This document shows, piece after piece, positions 49,684 through 60,516 of a DNA stretch of 64,000 nt. Origin of the DNA: Heptranchias perlo (lineage: Eukaryota); contig NC_090356.1 in NCBI RefSeq assembly GCF_035084215.1, positions 16,616,001 through 16,680,000 on the forward strand, in the 5' to 3' direction. The stretch's first letter is position 1; every line of letters starts with the position of its first letter. Position numbers and translations under genes: made by a program. The notes below the pieces were generated by a model. It worked only from the letters and a program-made list of their open reading frames with translations. It was not told the origin of the DNA and made no database searches.

Positions 49684-50317
49684 TGCAGTCTCAATCTTTA
49701 TTCATATGCAATCTGCTCCTTCAAAAACTGAATTATCCAATTATTTAAAATTAAGCAACATAATTAACACTAGCATTTTTGAGTGCTTAAAAAATTAAAC
49801 TATCCGACAATTTGAATGGCTTTTGCCGCGAGTTTTGGAGAGGTGCAGCACAGATTCAGATAGTAAACCTGCACAGGGCAGAAAGGCAGATGAGGGAGGC
49901 CTCCTTTCATTGGTATTAATACAAAATCACAGCTAAAGCCTTCAGATTAACGTTCAGGTCATTTTAAGCAGTGCTGTTAAAAACACAACTCGCTTTATTG
50001 TCTCTTTCATCAGTTTACACCTTTATAAACAGGCACAACGTGCGATTTGTTGGAGGGGGAGGATTATAAATAACGGGGAACTTTTAATGATGAAGGTGAC
50101 AGACTGTGGGCTCGGGTCCGCTCTCCCCCACGACATCACCCGGTACCGTTTGGGACAGGCCGCCCCCCCCGCTGCGGGTTTTAAACACGACGGCCCGCTC
50201 AGTGACACACTCTCCCCCGGGCACAAGCCTGGAGCCCGGCCCGACCCGCTCCCCCTCACAAGAGGCAGCCACTAACTGACCAGAGCCGCCACTACAGTCT
50301 CCCAGCCTCAGGCCTAC

Positions 50318-50365
50318 CTCAGCCCAGCGCAGCGCAGCTCGGTTACCAGACAACCGCCAGCCCCT
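50318..50365 (-). other. INTS11: Putative non-coding first exon of INTS11
   Basis: GC-rich segment ending in a GAG|GTAGG donor on the minus strand, next to the promoter; 5' boundary approximate. Confidence 0.5.
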
Positions 50366-50497
50366 GTGACTGACGTGGGACTGAACCAATAGGACGTCCG
50401 ATTCCGAAAGACCAATCACGATGGAGCGAAGGCGGGACTTCCTGTCAGGGCGGCCAATAGCAGCCCCAGCGCTGCGGGGCCGGTTTCCGGTTTGAAG
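50366..50497. promoter_or_regulatory. Bidirectional INTS11/CPTP promoter in a CpG island (island about 50100-50600)
   Basis: CCAAT boxes at 50386, 50412 and 50454; TGACGT (CRE-like) at 50371; GC boxes at 50431 and 50448; ETS-like ACTTCC/TTCCGG; YY1-like AAGATGGC over the CPTP ATG. Confidence 0.8.
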
Positions 50498-50616
50498 ATG
50501 GCTGACGCGGAGAGGTTCAGTTTGAGCGAGGTCTTGGAGTCGTTCAGGAGCTGCCTGACTGACAGTGGGGAGGTGCTGCAAGAGCACTACTTGAATGGAT
50601 GGAAGGGGCTGGTAAA
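50498..50616 (+). CDS. CPTP: Ceramide-1-phosphate transfer protein (GLTPD1), coding exon 1
   Basis: MADAERFSLSEVLESFRSCLTDSGEVLQEHYLNGWKGLVK followed by a GTGAGT donor (phase 2); matches the CPTP N-terminus (WKGLV). Confidence 0.93.
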
Positions 50617-50787
50617 GTGAGTGATTTAAAACAACCTCGTCATTGTAATCAGCTTCACTTAGCGTGAGGGCAAAGTACAAAAACTGACCTTTTTTTTAAA
50701 ATGGTGTACGAAATACTGTTAAAGAGACAATGACTATTTGTTGGGGAGGGTGAGGAGATGTGTGTGCGGCCTCTCCCGGTAATCCTG

Positions 50788-50905
50788 TTCACCTTCACCG
50801 CACCGACTGCAGCGGTTCAAGAAGGCGGCTCACCACCACCTTCCCAAGGGCAATTAGGGATGGGCAATAAATGCCGGCCTCGCCCACATCCCATGAACGA
50901 ATTTT
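50788..50905 (+). mobile_element. Short 3' tail copy of the APE-RT LINE family
   Basis: accttcacc...gcagcggttcaagaaggcggctcaccaccac...gggcaattagggatgggcaataaatg. Confidence 0.8.
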
Positions 50906-50974
50906 TTAAAATGTGGAGATCACCTAGTTATTGTAAATTTTGTTTATTTGCTCAACACTCCTGTATGAAGATAT

Positions 50975-51102
50975 TCTGTTCTGACGCAAGGTCATCGAGC
51001 TGAAACCTTAACTCTGTTTCTTTCTCCACAGATGCTGCCTGACTTGCTGAGCTGCTCCAGCATTTTCTGTTTTTATTTCCAGTATCTGCAGTATTTTGCT
51101 TT
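50975..51102 (+). mobile_element. Inverted Penelope terminal-repeat copy with mutated hammerhead core
   Basis: Reverse-complement similar to 51163-51294; the core reads CUGACGC...GAAACCUU. Confidence 0.7.
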
Positions 51103-51158
51103 TGATTCTCTTGATATATAATCATACAATCCTTATCTCCCAACCTACTAACGGAATC

Positions 51159-52155
51159 AAAAGCAAAATACTGGGGATGCTGGAAATCTGAAATAAAACC
51201 AGAAAGTGCTGGAGAAGCTCAGCAAGTCGGGCAGCATCTGTGGAGAAAGGAACAGAGTTAACGTTTCAGGTCGATCACCTTTCGTCAGAACTGGAAGGTG
51301 TTAAAAGAGTTAAAGTTTTTGAGCAAGTACAGAGCCAGGGAAAGGGAGGGAGGAAAGAACAAAAGGGAAGGTCTGTGATAGGGTGGAGGGCAGGAGTGAT
51401 TAAATGACAAAAGGGATGATGGTGCAAGGCAAGGAAGGTGATGATGGGACAGGTTAAGAAATAAAAGATTGATCAGGAGTAGCTGTAAATGGCAGCAGCA
51501 GAACCATTACCAGCACTAGCTGACCGAAAAAATGGGAGCAGTGGTTACGATCTGAAGTTATTGAAGTCATTGTTGATTCCGGAAGGTTGTAAAGTGCCTA
51601 AACGAAAGATGAGGTGCTGTTCCTCGAGCTTCCGTTGATCTTCATTGGAACAGTGTAAGAGGCAGAGGACAGAGAGGTCAGAGTAGGAGTGGGAAAAGGA
51701 ATTAAAATGGCAAGCGACCAGCAGGTCAGGGTCACGCTTGCAGACAGAGCGGAGGTGTTCAGCAAAGCGATCATCCAGTCTGCGTTTGGCCTCACCGATG
51801 TAGAGGAGACTGCATTGTGTGCAGCGGATTCAGTATACTAAATTGAAAGAAGTACAAGTAAACCGCTGTTTCACCTGGAAGGAGTGTTTGGGGCCCTGGA
51901 CAGTGGGAAGGGAGGAGGTGAAGAGGCAGGTGTTGCATCTCCTGCACTCACACGGGAAGGTGCCGTGGGGAGGAGAGCGGATGATGGAAGAGTGGACCAG
52001 GATGTCACTGAGGGAGCGGTCCCTTCGGAATGCTGAAAGGGGAGCGGAGGGGAAGATGTGTTTGGTGGTGGGATCGTGCTGGAGGTGGCGGAAGCTGATA
52101 CGTCGAATGTGGAGGCTGGTGAGGTGGAAGGTGAGGACAAAGGGGAACCCTATCA
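51159..52155 (-). mobile_element. Penelope-like retroelement 3' part (Cys-rich linker + GIY-YIG endonuclease + terminal repeat), disrupted
   Basis: AFRRDRSLSDILVHS, PCECRRCNTC, FTCTSFNLVY*IRCTQCSLLYIGEAKRRLDDRFAEH, and RKLEEQHLIFRLGTLQPSGINNDF. Confidence 0.9.
51253..51294 (-). ncRNA. Minimal type I hammerhead ribozyme in the Penelope terminal repeat
   Basis: Minus strand AGUU-CUGACGA-A-AGGU-gaucg-ACCU-GAA-ACGU-U-AACU: intact core, stems I and II, palindromic ACGU stem III. Confidence 0.7.
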
Positions 52156-53471
52156 TAAACAAAATATTGGAACTATACAGAATTATAGAGAGCCTTTTGC
52201 ATCTGAAAAGACAGTTTAAGATTTTGGAGTGGACCTATTGCCAGAACCATGCCCTGCCCAAAACATTAGCCCATTGTGTACACCTGCATCTTCTACTTTT
52301 ATTTCAGATTCCTAGCATTCACAATTTTTCTATTTAATTCTATTCTTAATTGCCCTAATACTTAGAGTTCAATTTTTAGTTGAAGTTTCAGTTTTCGGTA
52401 AGTGTAGCGTTGTGTTGTTTAATTAATAAAGTTGTAGTGCAGGAGTGCAAATCAGTAATATTGTAAAATCAAATAAATATTGGTTAAATGTCCATGTTTC
52501 CACCACGTTCAGTACATCTATCCAAGCAGGTTGCACATTTATAACAAATCAAGGTTTTGAGTCACCAAATTTAAAATTTCTAAAAACAAATCCTCTTCAT
52601 TAGTAATTTTGTTTAGCCCAGTGTGCAACAGAGCACGATGACTGCTTATGGACATGACAGTGGATGTACTACATTTTATAAATCTATTGGTTAATAAAAC
52701 ACGTAAATATTTTGTGTGAAAACTATATTCAGCTGGATGTTACTGTGGAAAAATGCATACATGAAATGTGTACACAATGTGTGAGTGCCCCTTGATAAAA
52801 GTTTCAAAAGGAAATACCAATTTTGCTGTGGAGTAGCAGTAACACTAAAGTACATTATAACCTGGGGCATTTCATATCCACTTTTACTCTCGCCAATTTT
52901 CTTTCTTAATACTTCTCCTGAAGGTATTGATTCCATTCCTGGGATACAGTTCCTTGGGTGTTTTGGCACTCTTCAGTACCTCACCTAAGTAGCTAATGTT
53001 CAGCTGTGAGCCTTCACAGTTAACGTCGACAGACAATTCAACCACTTGTACCATCATAACTGAGCCTAGTCCCATCCCTCACGCAGGTACTTCTAGCAGG
53101 TGCTCACTGGCTAGCAATGAGTAGAGGGAACCCTGTTTTCCCCTCCCTAGCGAATGGATGCTTAAGTACAATTCTATTGCTTCTACTATCCCAGATCAAC
53201 TACCTCAGTGAAAATCAGGGATCGATCTTTAGACCTTCCCGCTGCACCGTACAGGATAAACTCACTGAGCCATTAACTGAATTCAAGTCGTACCTACTTT
53301 TCTGGCTTGGCAATGGACCAGATTTTGTGGTAGCCCTAGAATTAATGTTCCTTATCTCAGTTATGTTTTTTTTATTTTTAAATATTTTGTTAGATCAGTG
53401 AATTACTTCAACTTTTGAAACCAGAAGTTTTACTTTAATACTAAAGTATATTTATATTTAATACTTTTTAG

Positions 53472-53994
53472 GTTCATGAATAGTCTCGGGACAGTCTTTT
53501 CCTTTATTTCAAAAGATGCTGTCACCAAAATCCAAATTATGGAAAACTACAAAAGTGGCGAAAATGGCCAAGAGTATCTAACGATTCAGTCAATGGTGAA
53601 GTATGAGGTGGACCACAACCTTGTGGATCTGAAGAAGCGGGGCGACCACTGGGATTCTGGCTGTCGGACATTACTGCGACTCCATCGCGCCCTCCGGTGG
53701 CTGCAGCTCTTTCTGGAAAAGCTTCGGGTAGCTTCTGACGAAAGCAAAACTTCGGTCCTGTGTACGGAGGCCTATAATGTTTCCCTGGCAAACTATCATC
53801 CCTGGATAGTACGCAAAGCTGCAACTGTTGCCTTTTATATACTGCCAAGCCGAGCAGACTTTTTTGAGATTATGAATATGGGCACAACAGAAAATGTTGT
53901 GGCTGCACTGGGAGAAGCTGTGCCACTTATTTCAAAGGCCTATGGCATCACACAAGACTTATATAGTCAACACGGCTTACTTGATCTTCCTTAA
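53472..53994 (+). CDS. CPTP: Ceramide-1-phosphate transfer protein, coding exon 2
   Basis: FMNSLGTVFSFISKDAVTK...SGCRTLLRLHRALRWLQLFL...YHPWIVRKAATVAF...LLDLP*. The acceptor tttttag| is in phase with exon 1; total 213 aa; GLTP fold. Confidence 0.96.
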
Positions 53995-56577
53995 TTCTGC
54001 ACTTCTGAAAAACAGATGGTTGTTTAGTAAAATGTTGGGTATTCTAATAGTAGTATCTTCAAATGCAAACTTCAGCTGCTAAATGTTTCACCTTTGGTAG
54101 AAAATTAATATTACTTCAAAATCAATTAACCTGAAAACCAAATAAGAGTTGTTGACTTTAGTTAAACAGTACTCCCTTCACCCTATGAAACAGATTATTA
54201 AAAGGGCTAATATTGGCCTTTCATATCTTTGAGAGAGATTCAAATCCAGCCCAGACTGATGGGATGAAAATATCCCCTGTCTGCATGGATTCATTGTAAA
54301 GTTACTTTGGGAAATCTCAAACTAGTTGCTAGAGGACATGGACCCACAGCACAAAACTGATTTGGTAATCTTACTCTGAAAGGCTACAGGATGACTGGGG
54401 TGTAAAGTGAAAAATGCCATTAGGTACAGTAAGGGATGCTCCTCTAAGGTTGGGACAGAGTAGAGGGAGCGTTACTCTGCGTTTAACCATACTAAAGCTA
54501 ACCTGGGAATGATTGCAGACACTGCTTTCCAAAATGGAAAGCATTCTGTTCCGTAGGACTACTATCTGTAACCTCCATCATGTACTTTTGGAGTGACCGC
54601 AGCTCACAGAATGGCCTGCTTCAAAACCTCTATTTCCTAACAGCTGTTTTGGCTGCCAACAGTGTTGTCAGGCAGCAGCACAAACCACAGTAGCTTTTTT
54701 TAAGGAAGATTTACATTTCAACACAGACAGAATTGGTGACCTGATGATGCACATCTGTTTATAAATTGAGTAAAACAGTCTAGGTATAATTTTACCAGGA
54801 TGAAAATGATCCTTTTAAGAAACTCTTAACAACATTCCATTTGCAATACCTCAAGCTCCAATGCACAAGAGCAAGATTTTATTCAATCTCTATTGCTGAC
54901 CAAGAGCACACTTAATAATCTGATTGAAGTGCAAATGAGGCTCGCTACTGTTCAGTGAGAGAGGCTAACTCTCTATAAACTCCAACTCCAACCCCACCCC
55001 CCCCCCCCCCCCATTTTCCATTTTCTCTACTTCTCTCCTAAAGGCGTTGACTGTTGCAGGTATATTTTTCCCTTGTCCAAGTGTCCATTCTTCATGTGTG
55101 AATGTGGGCAGTGAGTGTTCAGTCTATTTGACTGTGGGATGCATCACGGCCCAGCCTGAATGTGGTGTCGATGACTTGAACATTTGCACATTATCCAGCA
55201 GGGCTAACTGGACAGTGATCAAGGACGAGAACCTTGGCTGACTTTTTTTGTTCCCCTCTCTCTTGCCCAAGGGCAGTGGGGCCAATTGTAGCACCTCACC
55301 TTAGCTCAGCACAAGCCATAGATTGAACCTGGGTTCCTCCCAGGCCAGCAATACCTTTACTAGCTGATGTATATACTTGTTATGTGAGAAGATAGAGCAT
55401 AAGGTGACGAGTCATCCCCTGTACATTTTCTTTAGGTTTGTTATATTCTGAAAACTGATAAGTTCAAAAAGCTTCCGTCCCACTTTCAAATTATAATCTT
55501 TACATTCAATTGCTCTTGACTCTGAGCAAATTTGTCCAACTAAGATCCAGTTCTGATGGATGCACGTCCAAAACATTCTCTTTTTAAAGATGCTGTCTGA
55601 CCTAGTGTGTATTTCCAGTATTTTCTGATCCACTGTCCTTTTCTAGTCTTGATGTTCTGTTTTAAATATGTTTAGTTAATCTCAGTCTGTCCTGCGATTG
55701 AAATAACTTGAGTGAAAGCTGTTACACGGAACAAACAGCAAAGCTATAAGATTACTAACGTAGTAAAAAGATCCTAAACATTTAGTGAGACCTGTCACCT
55801 GTATTGCTTTTACAAGAGAATTAGATGAAATTCAGAGATATCTGTAGTCCTTGTGGTACTAGAAAAATGTGGTTTACATAACTTTTTGCACTGCATATTT
55901 TGTTTGTATACTGTGTGTACTTTTTAACCATATATAATTTGGTTTGCAAGAATATGAAATGAAAAGGGAATGCATGTTTAAGAACACGTGGAAATCTTTC
56001 ATTGTTCTGTCAGGAGAGAATAAGCCATTTGTTTTATTTCCCTCCCTCCCTCTTTCTGGGTACAGTTCCACAGGCACCAGCTGTTTTCCAGTATCTTGCT
56101 TTAAGCGGTCAAACTTCACATGATCCTAGACAGTGTGTGTCGACAACGGGGCACGACATTCAAGGCTGATCCTAGACACCCAGACGTGCATGGTTTCCAG
56201 CAGGAGTCGCTGGATGATAATGAGCAGTGATTTTACCCCCTCCCCACCCAGCCCATGGGTATTAAGGCCACCTCAACTGAGTTCAGCAGATTTTGGATTG
56301 ATCTTTCTGGTCTGCAAGGGCAGTGCACTTACCAACTGAGCCACTTGAGCAGATTAGACATTTTTAACCCTTGTAGAAGACCGTAAGTTGGAAGGTATTG
56401 CAGACAGTGAATTCTGTTAACAGCACCAGTCTACCAGCAGGTTAGGGAGGGGAAAAATCAACCGGACATTCAGGCCAGGGAGAGGCAAAGTCAGTCACTG
56501 CTGCTGGAAACTGCACATACGGCATTTGGGTGAAAGCAAGATTAACTCAACTGTGTTGCTCCCTGTGACCTAATAAC

Positions 56578-56668
56578 CTGATGCTTAGTGTCCAGGCTGA
56601 TGTATGACGAATGGTTACAGTGGAACTGTAACCATTCGTCATTCATCAGCCTGGACACTAAGCATCAG
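56578..56668. repeat. 44-bp near-perfect hairpin (3-nt loop, one T-T mismatch)
   Basis: 56578-56621 pairs with 56625-56668 base by base except 56603/56643. Confidence 0.92.
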
Positions 56669-57316
56669 CCCAGGAAGAGTCATTGCTTTCTCAGCAGGAG
56701 AGAAAAACATGGAAAAAAAGGGCAACAAAAAAAAAATTGATTTCACAATTAAACATGAACTTTAATTTTGTTAGGAACACCAGGGGCTCGATTTTAGGGT
56801 CGGGTTACCTGCGGGTTTCCAGCGGGGGGGCCCCGAAAATCCCGATCTCCGATCACGTGACCGGATTCGGACGAAATCCCGGCCACTTCTGGGTACCGCG
56901 CTGACGTGCGGGGCTGCACGTGAAAGCCCCGCTGGTGGGAATCCCGCAGGCAATTAAAGCCAGCGGGGTTCCACTTGAGAGCACTTAACTTGCTCGTTGT
57001 GGTCAGTTAATGAGCTGAAGCAGCTGTCAAAAGAGGAAGTGTGGGATTTTAGGTTCAACGCAGTCAGTTTCCCACACTGGGGGAAACAGTACCCTTCAAA
57101 CCAGGCGTGTTGCAGCCAGCAGCCTGTGGCAGGTGCCAAGGTGCGCTCCACGGGGGAGAGCCCACACCCACGCAGGAGGCCACCGCGTCACATAGGGCAA
57201 CCCCTGCCCTCCACCAACCCCCGCCAAGCCAGAGGACAGACCGACACGAAACCGCAGCCCCAGTCCGAGGACCCACCCACCTACCCTGCACAACCCCTCA
57301 CACCAACACCTGCCAG

Positions 57317-58540
57317 ATGGGTGGTGCGTTGACATCGTCGGAGGACGAACAGGATGACCAGCCCCAGCAGCCACGCCGTCCGCCTCGGAGACGTGGGGCC
57401 CCCCAACACGGTGCGGTGGCACACCCACCTGCACAGCAGGAGGGAGGGCAACCGCAGAGAGAGATGCGTCGCAGGAGGCACTACCCTCCGCACAGGGTGT
57501 ACAGAGCGAGGCTCAGCTTCATGGACCTCTCCGAGGAGCAGTGCATACGGAGGCTCAGAGTCAATCGCCAGGTAGTCGCCGACATCTGCAGCCTCCTTAA
57601 CGACGAGCTGCTCCCTGATGGACCAAGCAGCATCTTCTTACCTGTCGCCGTCAAAGTCACCACTGCCCTCAACTTCTTCGCATCCGGTTCCTTCCAGGGT
57701 GCCACCGGGGACATCACCGGGGTCTGTCAGTCCTCTGCACACAAGTGCATAAGGCAGGTCACCGATGGGTTGTTCCGCAGGGCCTCGCACTACATCAACT
57801 TCGCCATGGACGAGCGCAGCCAGATGGAGAGGGCGGTTGGATTCCATGCCATGGCCGGCTTCCCACGGGTGCAAGGTGTAATCGACTGCACCCACATCGC
57901 AATACGGGCACCTCCGCATGAGCCAGGGCTGTTCATCAACAGGAAGGGGTATCACTCCATGAACGCCCAGCTCATCTGTGACCACCGCCAGAGATTCCTA
58001 CAGGTGTGCGCCAGATACCCCGGCAGCTGCCACGATGCCTTCGTCCTCAGGGAGTCCGCCGTCCCGCCCATCCTGCAGGCGCCCAACGCCGGCAACGGCT
58101 GGCTCCTCGGCGACAAGGGGTATCCCCTACACACGTGGCTCATGACACCTCTGAGGAACCCCATCACCGAGCCGGAGCGTCGGTACAATGACAGCCACAC
58201 TGCTACCAGGTCTACAATTGAGCAGACCATAGGGCTTCTCAAGATGCGCTTCAGGTGCCTTGATCGTTCTGGGGGAGCGCTCCAATACACACCATTCAGA
58301 GTGGGACGAATCATAGTTGTCTGCTGTGCCCTGCACAACATGGCCCAACAGAGAGGGGTGCCGCTGGAGGAGGCCCCATCCACACCCGCCACCCACATTG
58401 AGGAAGGCGAGGGCGAGGAGGAGGAGGAGGCGGAGGAGGAGGACGCGCCAGAGGATGTTGGACGACCCATGCGCCGAGCCGCGACTCACCAGGATGGTCG
58501 CTGGGCCAGGGACGCACTCATACGTCAACGGTTCTCCTAG
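57317..58540 (+). CDS. Harbinger DDE transposase (HARBI1-like), uninterrupted ORF
   Basis: GFPRVQGVIDCTH, NRKGYHSMNAQLICD, YPGSCHDAFVL, WLLGDKGY and RSTIEQTIGLLKMRFRCLD (D, D, E triad); acidic tail. The ORF is open from 57107; ATG 57317 is the likely start. Confidence 0.9.
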   Translation: MGGALTSSEDEQDDQPQQPRRPPRRRGAPQHGAVAHPPAQQEGGQPQREMRRRRHYPPHRVYRARLSFMDLSEEQCIRRLRVNRQVVADICSLLNDELLPDGPSSIFLPVAVKVTTALNFFASGSFQGATGDITGVCQSSAHKCIRQVTDGLFRRASHYINFAMDERSQMERAVGFHAMAGFPRVQGVIDCTHIAIRAPPHEPGLFINRKGYHSMNAQLICDHRQRFLQVCARYPGSCHDAFVLRESAVPPILQAPNAGNGWLLGDKGYPLHTWLMTPLRNPITEPERRYNDSHTATRSTIEQTIGLLKMRFRCLDRSGGALQYTPFRVGRIIVVCCALHNMAQQRGVPLEEAPSTPATHIEEGEGEEEEEAEEEDAPEDVGRPMRRAATHQDGRWARDALIRQRFS

Positions 58541-60516
58541 AGTCAGACACTGCGAGGCGCTCGCATCTCCTCACCTGCACATGCGAGCGGCCATACCAGC
58601 CCCCTCCACTGAAGAGTGCTGCCAGTAATCCTGCACCCACAGCAGTGTGCCCAATGGGTGGCAGCAGGTGTTCGCCGTCATGATGGCCTCCACGGAACGC
58701 ACCTATTGCACAGGCCGCGGAAGAATAGACGAGAGGTGGCAGGAGTGGTGGTGCTACCCCTGTGGCTCCAGCAGAGGTAGTGGCAGGTTGCTCGTCTTCT
58801 TGCCTTGACCGGGTAGATGCTTTTGGCGGACAGCCCCTGGGTTTCGGTGCCCGTGAGGGCACCTCCACAGACTGCTCCTCCTGCACCGGGGCAGGGGCAG
58901 ACTCGGCCACCTGGAGAGGAGGCACCATTGCGGGTACTGGTTGAGAGGTGGGCGACGGGTGGGACGTGGGGGCGCCTTGAGAAGCGTCCCCGCTTCCATG
59001 TCCCCGGTCACCATCATCCCTCTCTTGGCCTCGGCCCACATCACCCCTTGCACCCTGCTGGACGGCAGTTTGGATGGCATGTGTGAGGCCTTGCAAGGCC
59101 ACCCCTAGTGTATCCCTCAGCCTGTTGGTGGCGTCGGAATGTTGCTCACCCTGAATCCGTACAGACGTTGTCAGGGCCTGCAAGGACTCGATCTGGAGCT
59201 GTGCGTGACGCTCGAGGGAGGCCAGCCTGTCCTCCACCGCAGACAGTCCCGCACCTACCTGCGACACTGTGTCGCCGGTACCCTCCTGTGCCTGCGCCAC
59301 CAATGCCCACATGCAGGAGGTGGACTCCTCCATCGCCTGCGCTATTGTGGACAATGCGCGCGGCACCTCTGCCAGTACCTCAGCAATTAGCTCGACGACT
59401 CTCCTTTTCACTGGTGGCCCCCTGGGTTCAGCATCTGGGTCCGGCTGAGCAGAGCCTGGAGATGAGTGCTCCCTCCGTCGCGGACCCTCCGTGGCTGCCC
59501 CTGCCACCAGGGTCTGCTCATGCTCACTCGTGTGCAGTGACTCACCAAGTGCTACCCCAACTAGTTGGCGAGGGGGACCCATCGAGGTGCGTGTCTCTGC
59601 GCTGGTGGATGGTTGGCTCTGATGTGACGATGCACCCTCAGAGACCGCCATGTCCTCTGAGGAATCGCCCTCCACGCTCGCTTGACCCAAAGACGGACCT
59701 GCAAGAGAACAGAGGGCACTTTGAGGCATGTGGACCAACTTGACAGTGCGCCTGATGGCAGGTGATGAGACAGTAACTCGCGATCATGGGTGTTGAGTGT
59801 CAGCATTCCCTTACCGGCCGTTTCGGCAGCGACACACTCGCCATCGGCCACCGACAGGCAATGTCGCGTGCGGGCGAGGTCGAGCTCCACCACTTGCGGC
59901 GGCCCACCTCAGGTGCGTGCCCTTTCCCTATTGTTCTTGCTTCTCTTCTCCTGTGAAGGCAAAACACAGATGTGTGAGTGGGTGCGTCTTGCATCGTGAG
60001 ACGCATCGAGCATCGGTGTGGTTGGGTTGAGCGTGGCGCGGAACGGATGGGAGGAAGCGTGGGCCACGTGCCCATCCCATTGCATGGGGATTGGGGTGTG
60101 TGGTAGTGTTCGGGTGGGGTCAGGGATGGTGGGTACTTGCGTGCACGGCGAGGATGGTGAATGAGTGGCTGTGAGGATTGCTGATGGAGCGCAGTGGTGG
60201 CTGTGCAGGAGGGGGTTGTGATCTGCTTGGCGTGATGGTGGGGACGGGATGTGGGAGGGTGCGTTGGTGTACTCACCTTCCCAGACCTAGTCAGGTCATT
60301 GAAGCGCTTGCGGCACTGCTCCCAAGTCCTTGGGGTGTTGCCCCTGCTGCTCACCTCCGCCGCCACCTCTGCCCATGCCTTCCTGGTTGCGGCGGCAGGG
60401 AACTTGTGCCCATCTTCTGGGAAGAGTGTTTCCCTCCTCCTCTTCACGCCCTCCAGCATCAGCTGCAGTGCCAGATCTGAAAAACGGGGCGCAGCCTTTC
60501 CCCTTTGTTGAGCCAT
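58518..60516 (-). pseudogene. Harbinger Myb/SANT (trihelix) DNA-binding partner gene; 3 exons (60516-60277, 59950-59815, 59698 onward), premature stop
   Basis: Exon 1 RFSDLALQLMLEGV...KAWAEVAAEVSSRGNTPRTWEQCRKRFNDL is a Myb/SANT-like domain. Introns are GT-AG and in phase. TGA at 59911-59909 interrupts the ERART*GGPP motif. Confidence 0.8.

Noticed and set aside
50084-50680. 198-aa minus-strand ORF over the promoter
   Set aside because: A by-product of the GC-rich CpG island and antisense CPTP exon 1; no domain.
55545-55630. Additional hammerhead (ccagttctgatgga...aaacatt)
   Set aside because: The core lacks CUGANGA and GAAA; a decayed Penelope repeat only.
57317-58540. Host HARBI1 gene
   Set aside because: It is flanked by TIRs and a TSD and paired with a Myb gene, so it is a transposon copy rather than the domesticated gene.
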